This document shows positions 12,209 through 23,065 of a stretch of DNA of 64,000 nt, piece after piece. Origin of the DNA: Phaeosaccion multiseriatum (Eukaryota; Protista; Ochrophyta, other classes). Where the stretch lies: NCBI GenBank assembly GCA_965112735.1, contig OZ218953.1, positions 1,550,001 to 1,614,000 on the forward strand, given 5' to 3'. The position numbers and the translations under genes were made by a program. The notes below the pieces were generated by a model, which did not search any database, was not told where the DNA came from, and saw only the letters and a list, made by a program, of their open reading frames with translations. Each line of letters opens with the position of its first letter. The stretch's first letter is position 1.

Positions 12209-14548
12209 ATGACGTCCTCAGTGGCTCCTATTGATGGAGACGGACAAGCGTATTATGCCAAGGCCACGGGGGTGTCCAAGTCCATCTGGACGTCGGCAAA
12301 CAGAGTTAGGGCAAAGGTGCAGTCGGTGGCGAGATGGGGCGCCATGCTCAAGGTGGTTCCAGACAAGGTGGGGGAGGCGGTAGGCAGAGGGGCGGGAGAC
12401 TCACACGACAGTGTAGTGAAGCAGCAGCGTATGGAGGGGGAGGGGGATGGAGAAGAGAACGACAGGAGCCCCACTCTCAGATTCACGATGGAGGGCCAGA
12501 CTAGGTTCGACAACGTGAGCCTGCGGACGGTCAACTTGTCCACTGACGGAGGCGGCTGCACTATCGATCTCGGGGCGTCCAACGCTTCCACCATGGATCT
12601 CGGCGCCTCGACCACTTCCACTATCGTGCCAACGTCGCCCACCCCTTCCAGCACGTTTGCGGCAACCACCACTTTGGACACTGCGAGTGGGGTTGGGACC
12701 ACAACCACCAGCACAAGCAGCACTAACCGCAGCAGCGGGCGCAGCCGCAAGGCAGCATCCCCTGCCAAGGTTTCGCCTCCGAAGCGCATGACATACCCCA
12801 CAGCCCAGCAGCCCATCACTTCGTACACACGGCAAGCCCAAGACCGCAGCAATGATGACACCACCACCTCCATCCAGCACCAACAACGAAAGACGAGGGC
12901 TCGTCCAACGCCAACAGCATCATCATCATCATCATCATCATCATCACCAGCAGCAGGAGGAGGAGCAGCGCAAAACAAAGCAGTGAAGAGTGCAGCTCCT
13001 TCAGGGGTTGCAGCAGCAACATCAGCACGAGGAGCACCGGCAGCAGCAAGGACACCGGCACCAGCGCCCTACAAGTCGAAGCGCATTCTCCCCGACGGAC
13101 CGCTTTCCCTTCGGGACTTTGAGATGGGCTGCACGCTCGGGGTGGGCAACTACGCCAAGGTGAAGCTGTCGAGGCACCGGGGCACCAACACGTACTGGGC
13201 CATTAAGGCCATCAGCAAGGCGCGAGTGGAGAAGAACGGCGACGCCAAGCACTTGGTCAACGAGAAGGAGGTGCTCGGAATGGTCGACTCGCCCTTCGTG
13301 GTCAAGTGCGAGGGCGTGTTCCAGAGCCCCGAGGAGGTGTTCCTGGTGTTGGAGTACGTGGCCGGCTTGCAGTTTTACAATGTGGTGCGCGGGCGTATTT
13401 TGGACACTCAGTCCGTACGCTTCTACATGGCGCAAATCTTCATGGCACTCGAGGATATTCACGGCAAGGGGGCCATCCATCGAGACGTCAAGCCGGAGAA
13501 CCTGCTGCTCGGGGAGGACGGCTACCTGCACCTCACGGACTTTGGCTTCAGCAAGGCGCTGCATGGCGCAGAGTGGACCTTCAGCCTCTTTGGGACGCCC
13601 GAGTACGTTGCCCCCGAGCTGCTGCTCAACCGGGGCCACAACAAGGGAGCCGACCACTGGGCCTGCGGCGTGCTCATGTACGAGCTGCTGTGCGGCAAGT
13701 CGCCGTTCGGAGGCAAGAACACCGAGGACATTTACAACAAGATTCTCAACCGCCCACTGACGTTCCCCTCTTGGTTGGAGAAGTCGGATCCGGCGGCGGT
13801 GGACATGGTGGGGTCGCTTCTCATGCGCTCTCGCACGATGCGCATCGGAGGAGGGCCCGAGGGGGCGGCGGACATTCGCGCCCACCCCTTCTTCAAGCAT
13901 ATGGACTGGGCAGCACTCGGCAGGAAGGAGGTCAGGGCGCCGGTGATCCTTACTATGACGGAGGATAGTTACATCGTCAGTGCCAACACCTTCGGACCTT
14001 CTGCGGGCCCGAACCCATCATCATCATCATCATCATCGTCATCATCATCATCATCCAGGAGAGCCACCACCAGTAGCAGCAGCAGCAGTAGTAGCAGCTG
14101 CAGCAGCAGCACCACCACCACCACCACCAGCAGCAGTAGCGCAAGGGCCCCACAACCCCCTCGTCGAGACCAACAACAGCAGAATGTGCCCCCTTCCCCT
14201 GCCAAGCCAGAGCCCATGGACTGCGAAGCGGACAGTGGACACGCGCCTTCACCCTCACTCGCACCCGGTGGGGCAGCAACAACCCCGGCGCAGCGAGGCA
14301 GCATCAGACGACAAGCATCAGCATCCCACGCCACCTCGCCTCCTTCGGACAGGCCCCGGCAACCCCTCACGGCCAAGCCCCTCAACCGGAGAGCAAGTCC
14401 ACCACACGGCCAATATCATCATCATCATCAGCAGCAGCAGCAGCAGGGGCAGCAACAGGACCGGCTCCCGCAGTTCAAGAAGGGTTCTGCTACATCGTCC
14501 CACTTCTTCGCGACTGGGTCGGCCCGGCGGCGGTCGGGAGGCTTTTGA
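12209..14548 (+). CDS. Intronless AGC-group (PKA/PKG-like) Ser/Thr protein kinase with long Ser/Thr-rich disordered arms
   Basis: LGVGNYAKV, WAIK, HRDVKPENLLL, LTDFGFSK, FGTPEYVAPE, GHNKGADHWACG, IRAHPFFKHMDW...RKEVRAP (AGC tail). Confidence 0.93.
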   Translation: MTSSVAPIDGDGQAYYAKATGVSKSIWTSANRVRAKVQSVARWGAMLKVVPDKVGEAVGRGAGDSHDSVVKQQRMEGEGDGEENDRSPTLRFTMEGQTRFDNVSLRTVNLSTDGGGCTIDLGASNASTMDLGASTTSTIVPTSPTPSSTFAATTTLDTASGVGTTTTSTSSTNRSSGRSRKAASPAKVSPPKRMTYPTAQQPITSYTRQAQDRSNDDTTTSIQHQQRKTRARPTPTASSSSSSSSSPAAGGGAAQNKAVKSAAPSGVAAATSARGAPAAARTPAPAPYKSKRILPDGPLSLRDFEMGCTLGVGNYAKVKLSRHRGTNTYWAIKAISKARVEKNGDAKHLVNEKEVLGMVDSPFVVKCEGVFQSPEEVFLVLEYVAGLQFYNVVRGRILDTQSVRFYMAQIFMALEDIHGKGAIHRDVKPENLLLGEDGYLHLTDFGFSKALHGAEWTFSLFGTPEYVAPELLLNRGHNKGADHWACGVLMYELLCGKSPFGGKNTEDIYNKILNRPLTFPSWLEKSDPAAVDMVGSLLMRSRTMRIGGGPEGAADIRAHPFFKHMDWAALGRKEVRAPVILTMTEDSYIVSANTFGPSAGPNPSSSSSSSSSSSSSRRATTSSSSSSSSSCSSSTTTTTTSSSSARAPQPPRRDQQQQNVPPSPAKPEPMDCEADSGHAPSPSLAPGGAATTPAQRGSIRRQASASHATSPPSDRPRQPLTAKPLNRRASPPHGQYHHHHQQQQQQGQQQDRLPQFKKGSATSSHFFATGSARRRSGGF

Positions 14549-15392
14549 GTTGAGGGGTGGGTGCAGGCAGCAGCAGCGGCGGGGGCAGTGAAGGGCTTGG
14601 TTGTTTCCTGTTATTGGAGCCCATCCCTCTCAAGACCGTCTCGCCTCTGCCCTTCCTTGGCTTACACCAGAAGAGTTTGTTGATAGAGAGAGGGAGAGAG
14701 AGAGCGAAAGAGATTGTGTGTGTCTGTTCTGAGCTGTTCCCGCTCAGACCGCTTCCTCCTCTCGCAGGGCAGGACATTGTCTGTCTGACTGCCAGATGCG
14801 AGAGAGAGAGAGAGAAGAGTCGCGCGATAGCATGGAGATGGAATGAATAAATATTGTATGCGTACGTGAGAGAAGGTACTCCGGACACCACCAACACCAT
14901 TGGTATTTGTAACTGTTGTGCCCTTCATTGTAGTTTAGTGAAATCCACTCGCCTTCCACGAGGCCACCCCCTTCTATTGTTGTTGCCTTTGCTGCGATGA
15001 GGCGAGATAACTGGCCTAGGAAAGACTTGATTCTTCGGGCGTTGCTTCACAAGCATAAAGATTGCATGGGTAAGCTATAGCCAGAGGAGAGAGAGCCTCA
15101 GAAGAAGGAAAGGTGCGTTATTACCAGCTGATTATTACGCTCTATTTAATTTATAATTTTAAAAAAAAGAAGACAAAAGAAAAGAAAAAGAACAAGAAAA
15201 AAGTGTTGTACTTCAGTAGCTCTGCACCAAGCTAGATGCATGTGACAGAGGAAAGCAAGCAGCCTTGCTTGCCTTCTTTTGTCTCGAGAGGCCAAGGCAG
15301 TTGCGACCCCTCCTCGCCGAAACAGTAGGCCGTCCGGTAGCAGCAGTCAGTCACCAAACACGCATCACGGGAGAGTCTTACGATGTCCTGAT

Positions 15393-15622
15393 TCAAACAA
15401 GGGGCGGCACTTCAGCCTCGAGGTCCTCAACAGCTGGCACGGCCGCTGCTGCCTTGGGCGCTGCTGCCACTGCTCCTGCCGCCACAGCCCGCTCCAAGCC
15501 CTTCTTGATGTCAATGCACAGCCACTTGGTCGACGCCGGCGGGACGTAGCTCAGCCTCTCTCCATATTCACCGAAGGCCTCCTCGCCATCCCAATCCCCC
15601 ACTCCTTCTCCTACTTCGTCCC

Positions 15623-15653
<31 letters not shown>

Positions 15654-16151
15654 GTGCGCTTCTGCGGCTGCGGCCAACGTATCCTCCTGAGAGAGAAAGG
15701 GGGGGTAGAACAATCATGCGAGAGTGAGGCTTTCGAAGTAAGACAAAACTGAAACTATAGTTTCTTCTTTCCTCCTTCCTGCCCCCCGCCCCTCTGCTGC
15801 ATCTGCTGCCGTCTCTCTTCCCTCCCTCTCTCCTTCCCTCCCGAGCTTACATCCTGTGCGATGGGTAAGTGCCACCGTCCCTCGTAGGTCCTCTGAATGT
15901 CCCTAGTGAAGCCCTGCTGTCCCACTAGCGCCACCTTTGGGTCATCGGAAGGTGCGTCTGGCACCAAGCCCCAGCTCAGGCTGAGTGTACGTGTGTGGGG
16001 GGGGGCGGGGGGGAGGGGGAGAGGTAAGGAGAAATAGGGGACAAGGGAGGAGAAGAGGGAGATGAGAACCAAGGTGAGAAGGCTGGAGAGGTGCAAAGCG
16101 CGTCGCACCGCACACAAAACAGACCAGAAAATGCTGCTCTCTGCCTCTCTG

Positions 16152-16189
<38 letters not shown>

Positions 16190-19100
16190 CTTTGCCCCGC
16201 CCTTGGTACTCACTCGAACTTTTGGATCTGTGTCTGCTTCCACCTCAAGAAGGGCATTGGGGCGATGAGGCCGAGCTTGTGGTCCCGCATGGCGTCGTTG
16301 GTGATCACAGCGGCCGCCACGTCGTCGAAGGCCACGGTCACGTACATCCAGTACCAGTCGTCATTTGTGTTGTCGCCGCACCTGGAGAGGAGGGGAGAGA
16401 GGACAAGAGAGGACAAGGGAGAGAAGGGTGTGTGTGTGTGTGCGTGCGTATGTGTGCGTGTGTACGTCCGTGGGCGTAATCATGGGGGGGGGGGGGGGGG
16501 GAGGTGAGTGTCCAATGCTAATGAATGCACAAAGGCATGCAGTGCACCAGTCAATACGAGGAATAAGGAGCTGCCCTACTGTTAAATTTTGGCATTCACT
16601 TCAACCGCCACAGACCCCGCGCCTTCCCTCCGTCCACCTCCGGTTGTCGTCTTCATCATCTCCTCCTTACCTGTACAAGATGTCCTTGTTGATCCAGTCC
16701 TGGATGATGTTCAATGACTCCACGTCGAGCGTCGTCCTCTTGTTCTTGTGTGAGCCGCAGCGAGTGCTGTTGGGGATCTCGTTGAGGAGATAGCGGTCGC
16801 TGCAGATCACCAGCACGGTCTCGCCTTTGCTCTCCAAGTCTTTCACAATCAGGTCGATCTTGAGAGAGAGAAAGAGAGAGAGGGGAGGGGGGGGGGGCAG
16901 GGAGGGAGGGAGAGAGAGATGGAGAAGGAGAGAGACAGACAGAGGGAAAGGGAGAGGCATGACGCGATCCATCGGTGTGGCGCAGGCAAGCGGAGGAAAG
17001 CAGCAGCCAGCCGGACAGGAGGCACAGGAGCACCCGTAGCATTGTACAGATAGATGCGTACATCTGTATACCTGTTTATGCTTGAAGCGCCCCCCCACGA
17101 CATTCTGCTTGTGATAAGCCACATTGGCGGCGTCGATGACCACCGTAAAAGCCACCCCCTCGTTCCTCTTGACTTCAAGCCACTCCACGAAATTCTGCCC
17201 AGGGGACACGAGGGAAGGAGCAAGAAGGGAGCACAGGGGGTGGGGGGGGGGGGGGGGGGTCAAACTCAGCTGGTGCTAAGGTGTGCATTGGAGCCCTATT
17301 CATTCTTACACCGGCACCACAGCCTTCAGTAGCCTAAGCCAAGACCCATCCCCTCAAACACATGGCAGCTTGTGTCGCGGAGGCGTGAAACGAAAGAAAA
17401 AAAAGACCGAGTTGCTTCACAGACTCTCGCCTCTTGTTTTCTCCTCTCATTGCCTGCCACCCTATCCATACACGCACACACGCCCACACACATCCCTCCC
17501 CCCCACGCTCTCTCCCTCACCTGTAACGCCCCAATCTCTGAATGTCCGTCGTTGTAACGGTTGCGCGTACTCCTCGCCGTCTTGCCCTTCTCCCCCACCA
17601 GCGAGAATAGCGCCTGTCTCAGAGTGGCCTTCTCCTCCGGCTCCAGACCAATGGAGCGCAACTGGCTCCCGCAGCACTCGCACAACCCCGTGTCAATCGA
17701 CACCACCTGCGCCACTGGTGTCTCAGCATCAGCCGTATCACCAACGGCTGTAGCTGTCTCACCATCCCCATCACCACCACCACCACCACCACCAACTACT
17801 GTATCACCAACTGCTGTATCAGTATCAGCGTCACCATCAACAACACCAACGCCCAGCGCCTTTCCCCTGTTGAAGGCGCCAATAAGGTCCTCAATCAGCC
17901 GCATCTCCGTCTCCAGCGTGTTGTAGCTCAGCTCCACGAACATGGCGTCGAGCGTGCCGTCCAGCACCATGTCATAGAGCTGCCCTGCTTTGGAAGCGGC
18001 CACGAGGAGCTGCACGTACTGGTCGGGCATGGCAAGCACTCCCACCAGCCCCATTTGGTCCCACATGTCCCAGGCCGCATCCATGTTGAGCTGAGCGGGA
18101 GGCAGTCGGCAAGTCCAGTAGTTGGTGACACAGAAGAGAGGTAGAGAGAGAGAGAGAGAGAGAAGGGTTTCAGAAGATGGGAGTAACAGGAGCAGTCGTC
18201 TCATGGTTGAGCGGTGTGTGTACAACACCCTCCTCTGAAGAAAAGGAGGGACGCCACCCTGGATGGTGGACTTCGGAGAGAAGTGAGTAGTGATACCCAA
18301 GCGTGTGAAAGAGGGAGGAGAATTTGAGCAGCTCCCTGTGTGGCTCTTGGTGTTCTCTCTCACCTGTTGGCAGAGACCCTCCAAGACGGGAGCGTACGTC
18401 CTGAGCCTGGGCTTGATGCCGCCCTCGAGCATCTGATTGATAAGCGTAAAGGCCTCCACATTGGCCCCTCGCGCCGCCTTCTCGCGGATGAGGAAGGTGT
18501 AACTGTTCTCCGTGGGCGGAACACCAGCAGCCTGTTCGTGGGGCCAAGTGGACGTGTGCAGGGTGGAGGGAAAGGATGGACTCAGTTCTGATTGATTTGA
18601 CCGCGTGGTGTGTATGGGCGAATCGTGGGAGGAGGGGGGCAGAGGTGCCTGCTTGGAGGAGAAAAAGACAGCATGGCGGCAGGGCTCAGTCTAGAGAGAT
18701 GAGAGAGGACGGCCACACCCCACTTGCTGCCCTCTGTGGTCTGTCGTCTGTCGTCTGTCCTCTGTGGTCTGTCGTTGGACTAACCTTCATGTCTTCCAGC
18801 ACGACAACCCCCTGGTCCACGTATGCAGGGTCCTGACACAAGTTGAGCACCCCGTTGTACGTGCCGTTGGGCATGCGGATCTTCTTCTCCTTCATGATCT
18901 GCACACACACATACACACATGCACACACGCGCGCGCGAGCGATGACAAGGACGTGAGGGCACGAGCGAGCACGAGGTCCCAAGCACCGTAGCATCTCTGG
19001 AGAGGCCGCTAGGAAGGCCATCAAGGTCGATCAGTCGGGCTGGCTGGCTAGTCTATCCAAGTCAGCCAAGTCGAGCCAGTCAGCTTGCTAGAACAATCAG

Positions 19101-20570
19101 TCTGCTGCTGAGCCCTTCACTTTTAGACTAGTCCAGCGTGGCAGCCGAGGAAGCCAGCCGGGATCAAGACAAACACGCCCACGGACTGAGCACAAGGCGA
19201 CACAACCTCCCCTCCCCACAAATGCCCTGACTGCACCGCTGTACCTTGTAGAGCTTCAGAGCTGCGTCGGTGTCTGCGGCTTTGAAGCAACGTGACATGG
19301 TCCACTTGATGGTCCTCATTGCTATTTTGGAGTCATATTTCAGATCCTTGAGCCTTTCAAGCCTCAACTTTTTGGCATCTCTGGAGAAGCCGTGACGAAC
19401 AACAAGGGGAACAAGCAATAATAGCAAATAACAGGAGAAGGGAGGAAGGATCGTGAGGACGGGGAGGAGGAGCTTGGCGGGGAGACACGAGGAGGAGGGA
19501 ATGCGCAACACTTGAGAAAGAGAGAGAGAGGAGAAGACCACAGGACCAGAGCATAAGGGATGGGGTAGGAGAAAGAAGGAGTAGGACGAGGCAGGCCCCT
19601 CATACCGACGCCAGTGCTGAAGGAAAAGAAATGCATTTGTCTTCTCTTACCCCGTGAGCGCGACGGTGCCGGGCACAGAGGTCTCTTTCTCCTTCTGCTC
19701 CTGGAGGCGTGCCAGCTCCTCCCGCATTGTCACAAAGTCGTCTATGAACGGCATAACCGTCGACAGGTCCACCTTATCTCCTGGGTTGGCCATGCCGTGT
19801 CTCTCCTTGCACATTCTGCGCTCCCTCTCAGTCTGCTTCTTGTCCATTCTCCTTGATGCTCTCGATTGTCTCCCAAGGTTTGGATCCACAAGTGACGGCA
19901 GTAAATCCATGGGGGGAGGCACCGCCGTCGAGAACGAAGGGGCCTCCTCTGAAGGAGAAGCCATGAGCCTGGAGGAGCCTCTGCTGCTGCTGCTGCTGCT
20001 GCTGCTACCGAGTTCGTGCCCCCCCAATTGAAGGAAAGGAAATCGGTCCCCAGGGTTCAGATATTGACGCTCCTGCTGGAGCCGATGTTTGAAAGGGCGG
20101 GGTCGGTGCAGGCTATTCAGGCCACTGCGGGGCAAAGGAGGCGCCGGGACGATGGCGCTGGTGGCGCTGCTGCTGCTGCTGCTCTTGCTGTTGGGGACCG
20201 TGATGGCCCCGAAACCGCTGATGGAGAAGGCGCTAGTGGTGAGCAGCCGGAGCGAGAGTGACTGCAGCAGCACAAAGGACACTGCCGCGGACGGCGTGCC
20301 GATGGTGTAGCTGCGAGACGCACTCTGACAGCGGCGAGAGCACCACAGACCGCTGCTCCCGCTCCTGCCGCTGCTGCTACTTCGCCTCCTACACTTTCCG
20401 GCAACCCCACCCTTCCTTCCCGCTGCCGCACTTCCTATTGCTCGGCGACTGGCCCTTTGCCCACGCTGTGGATGTGCACGTATGCCGGTGCTGCTGCCGC
20501 TGCTGCTGCTGCTGGACCCACCTGCTGCCCTCCCCTCCACCGAGAGCTCTCCGTCTCCAGCGGCAAGCAT
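15393..20570 (-). CDS. PRORP: Protein-only RNase P (PPR + Zn + NYN metallonuclease), about 10 exons; start codon uncertain
   Basis: PPR motifs (PNGTYNGVLNLC, PTENSYTFLIR, PRLRTYAPVLEGLC), CECC zinc ligands, VVIDAANVA, NDDWYWMY, VITNDAMRDH, FLRWKQTQI, WHLP and KWLC give the full PRORP catalytic Asp and Zn-ligand set. Junctions were checked in phase. Confidence 0.93.
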
Positions 20571-21251
20571 TCCCCTCAACAGCGGTGGATCTCCCAAACC
20601 ACGAAGCCTTGTTCCTGCAATCCCGCCACCCACCCTCGACCACGACCGCAAAATCTCGTCCTGCTCGCACTTAAACTCCAACCTTCGCTCTCTGTGATCC
20701 CCAACCTGGCCGGCAGTCCAAGCAGGCACCACCAGGGATAAAGGGAGTAGGGAAGGAAGATCGAAGGAGAGGAGGATATCAGAGGAGAGGGGGGGGTGGG
20801 GGGGGAAAGGGAGATCCAGGGCTTCACAGAAGTCAACAAGGACACACAACGGGGCCATACACGAAACCAAGCGAAACCTCGAAACTCCTAACGACAAACA
20901 CAACAAAGCGAAACCCCGATGTCAAAAGGATTAAATCGGCGCTCAATTTCGCGGTGACAGCATTAGTAACAGCCATAGCAGAGAGAGAAAATAACAGCAG
21001 CAGCAGCAACAACCTGCAGCAGCACCGACACAAGCAACACCTGGAAGGAGGCACCTACTCAGCAGAGTTACAATAAGGGAGCCTGGAGCAGAGTGTGGTG
21101 GAACAGAAGAGGGGGAGAGGGGGGTGGGAGAAATAGCCAAGCTGGTGAAATTATCAAGCAGAAAAAACGTCTAGCGCTGTAGCGGCAGCGGGAGAGAGGC
21201 GGCGAGAGCAGGATCGGCGGGGGCTGGCGGCAAGGGCCACGAGTGTACCCC

Positions 21252-22658
21252 ATGACAGAAGCTGCACCTGCACGTGCAGCAGGTGTCTTTACTCGCCGAG
21301 GAGTAACTACTGAGGTGGCGGTACTCACCGAGGCGCGCTGGGAGCCTCCGGTGCTACTGTTGAGGAGAAGTACAGACGAGCAACACCCGAGCTTGGTCAT
21401 GACAGCAGGGGATCGGACGCGCATCGTAGCTTGTGACGCTGGATGCCCCTTGGGGGGCAGGGGCGGGGGTGATGGCGATGCTGATGTGGGGGGGGGCGGC
21501 AGGGTCGATGCGGATGACCAGCAGCGGCAGCAGCAGCAGCAGCAGCAGGACCAAAGGGCAAACTCTCTCCTCTTGCTGGAGGCGTCCGAGCTCAGACGAA
21601 TCAAGAAGGCCAGGGCGGGCTCGAGGCACCGAAACTTCCGAACTGTGCAGCTCGTTCATCGAGAGCAGCAGCAGCGCCCCCGCAATGGTGCCGGAGTAAA
21701 GAGATGCAGCGATCGGCAGCAGCACGTGCAGCAGTCACAACGGGAAGGAGACGCAGGAGAGCTCCATCGGAGTGAGGTAGACGTAGGTTTAGAGTCAGTA
21801 ACAGGAGGGGGAGAAGGACTGGCGGCGGAGGAGGCTGCCCCTGCAGCCGAGCTTGAAACGGCACAGGGCGCCAGGAGGGCAGGCAGGAGGCCACTCAGTA
21901 CTGCTCAGGTGGAGGAGTGTGAGTTGACGAGTACTGCCGACAGCAACAGGCCCGCAAGAACCAGTGGTGACATTCCACCTGCAGGCCAGCCGAGGCGTGC
22001 ATCGACTAAGGCCAAGAGAGAGAGGCCCGGGCCGAGCCTTGAGTGCGAGGAAGAAGGCCAGCGAGAGCAGCAGCAGCAGCAGGAGGAGGAGGAGGACGAG
22101 GAGGAGGACGAGGACCAGCCGCAGCAGCAGCAGCACCAGCAGCGGCGCCGTCGGAGGTCCAGAGGTGGGAGTGCCGATGAAGAAGACAAGAGCGACGGGG
22201 GTCGAGGGGAAGAGGAGACAGAGAGGCTCGCCGAGCGCGAGGTGGAGTGGGGGGAGCTGGCAGGGGCGAGGTGGCCGCGTGTCAATAGTGGCAGCCCCTC
22301 ATCTCCTTCCTCTCGTGGAGGAAGCATGAGTGTGCGAATGCAAGAGCTAGAGCTCCAAACCGTGGAAGAAGAGGAGGAGGAGGAGCAGGATAAAGAAAGC
22401 GGGGGGGCAGCACCTGCGCGGAAGAGCGGTCAACGCCATGAGGAGCACGGAGGGGGGAGGCCAGAGGAAGGACGGGGAGAAGAAAAGGCGGCACAGGGCA
22501 AAGGGGAGGAGCAGAGTATAAGGAGGTCCTCCTTTTCCATCCTCAAGAAGACGACTTCCTTCCTCCAGGAAGAGGAAGACGCGCTGTATAGCAGCGAAAG
22601 CGCCCACCACGAGGTGTCCGCGTGGCTCCATGGCACGGAGGACTGGTGGACATGCTGA
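21252..22658 (+). CDS. Hypothetical intronless acidic/Gln-rich disordered protein
   Basis: A 1.4 kb ORF with composition like neighbouring coding DNA, divergent from PRORP. No recognisable domain; short aromatic C-terminal motif (VSAWLHGTEDWWTC). Confidence 0.5.
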   Translation: MTEAAPARAAGVFTRRGVTTEVAVLTEARWEPPVLLLRRSTDEQHPSLVMTAGDRTRIVACDAGCPLGGRGGGDGDADVGGGGRVDADDQQRQQQQQQQDQRANSLLLLEASELRRIKKARAGSRHRNFRTVQLVHREQQQRPRNGAGVKRCSDRQQHVQQSQREGDAGELHRSEVDVGLESVTGGGEGLAAEEAAPAAELETAQGARRAGRRPLSTAQVEECELTSTADSNRPARTSGDIPPAGQPRRASTKAKRERPGPSLECEEEGQREQQQQQEEEEDEEEDEDQPQQQQHQQRRRRRSRGGSADEEDKSDGGRGEEETERLAEREVEWGELAGARWPRVNSGSPSSPSSRGGSMSVRMQELELQTVEEEEEEEQDKESGGAAPARKSGQRHEEHGGGRPEEGRGEEKAAQGKGEEQSIRRSSFSILKKTTSFLQEEEDALYSSESAHHEVSAWLHGTEDWWTC

Positions 22659-23065
22659 CCAAGAGAGTGAGTGCAAACCCAAGAAGTAGCAACACGCGTC
22701 TTCTTCCATCAGTCAATTGCGGTACTCGGAGACTGGTGTGTGGGCAGTTGTGTAGGTCTAGTGGGCTCATTGTAATTGCACCGTCCGCTGCGGCCCTCGT
22801 TGAGGAAGCGTGGCTGGAAGCGGAGGGTGGGATGTTCTGGCGGGGAGTAAGATGATCAACGACCGTGCTGGTATAGTGTGAGTGAAGTAATACAATACAG
22901 TCGGAATCCTAAAACCTGCCCCCCGCCTCCTTCCTCGCCCCTGTCCGAAGGATGAATATGCTCTCCCTCTCCCTTTCAGTTCTGCCCTCAGTTCTGATGA
23001 GGCATCACGTCTTGGCCTGCCAAACGGCCCCCTCCGTAGTGTTGATTTTATAAAATTAAATTAAG

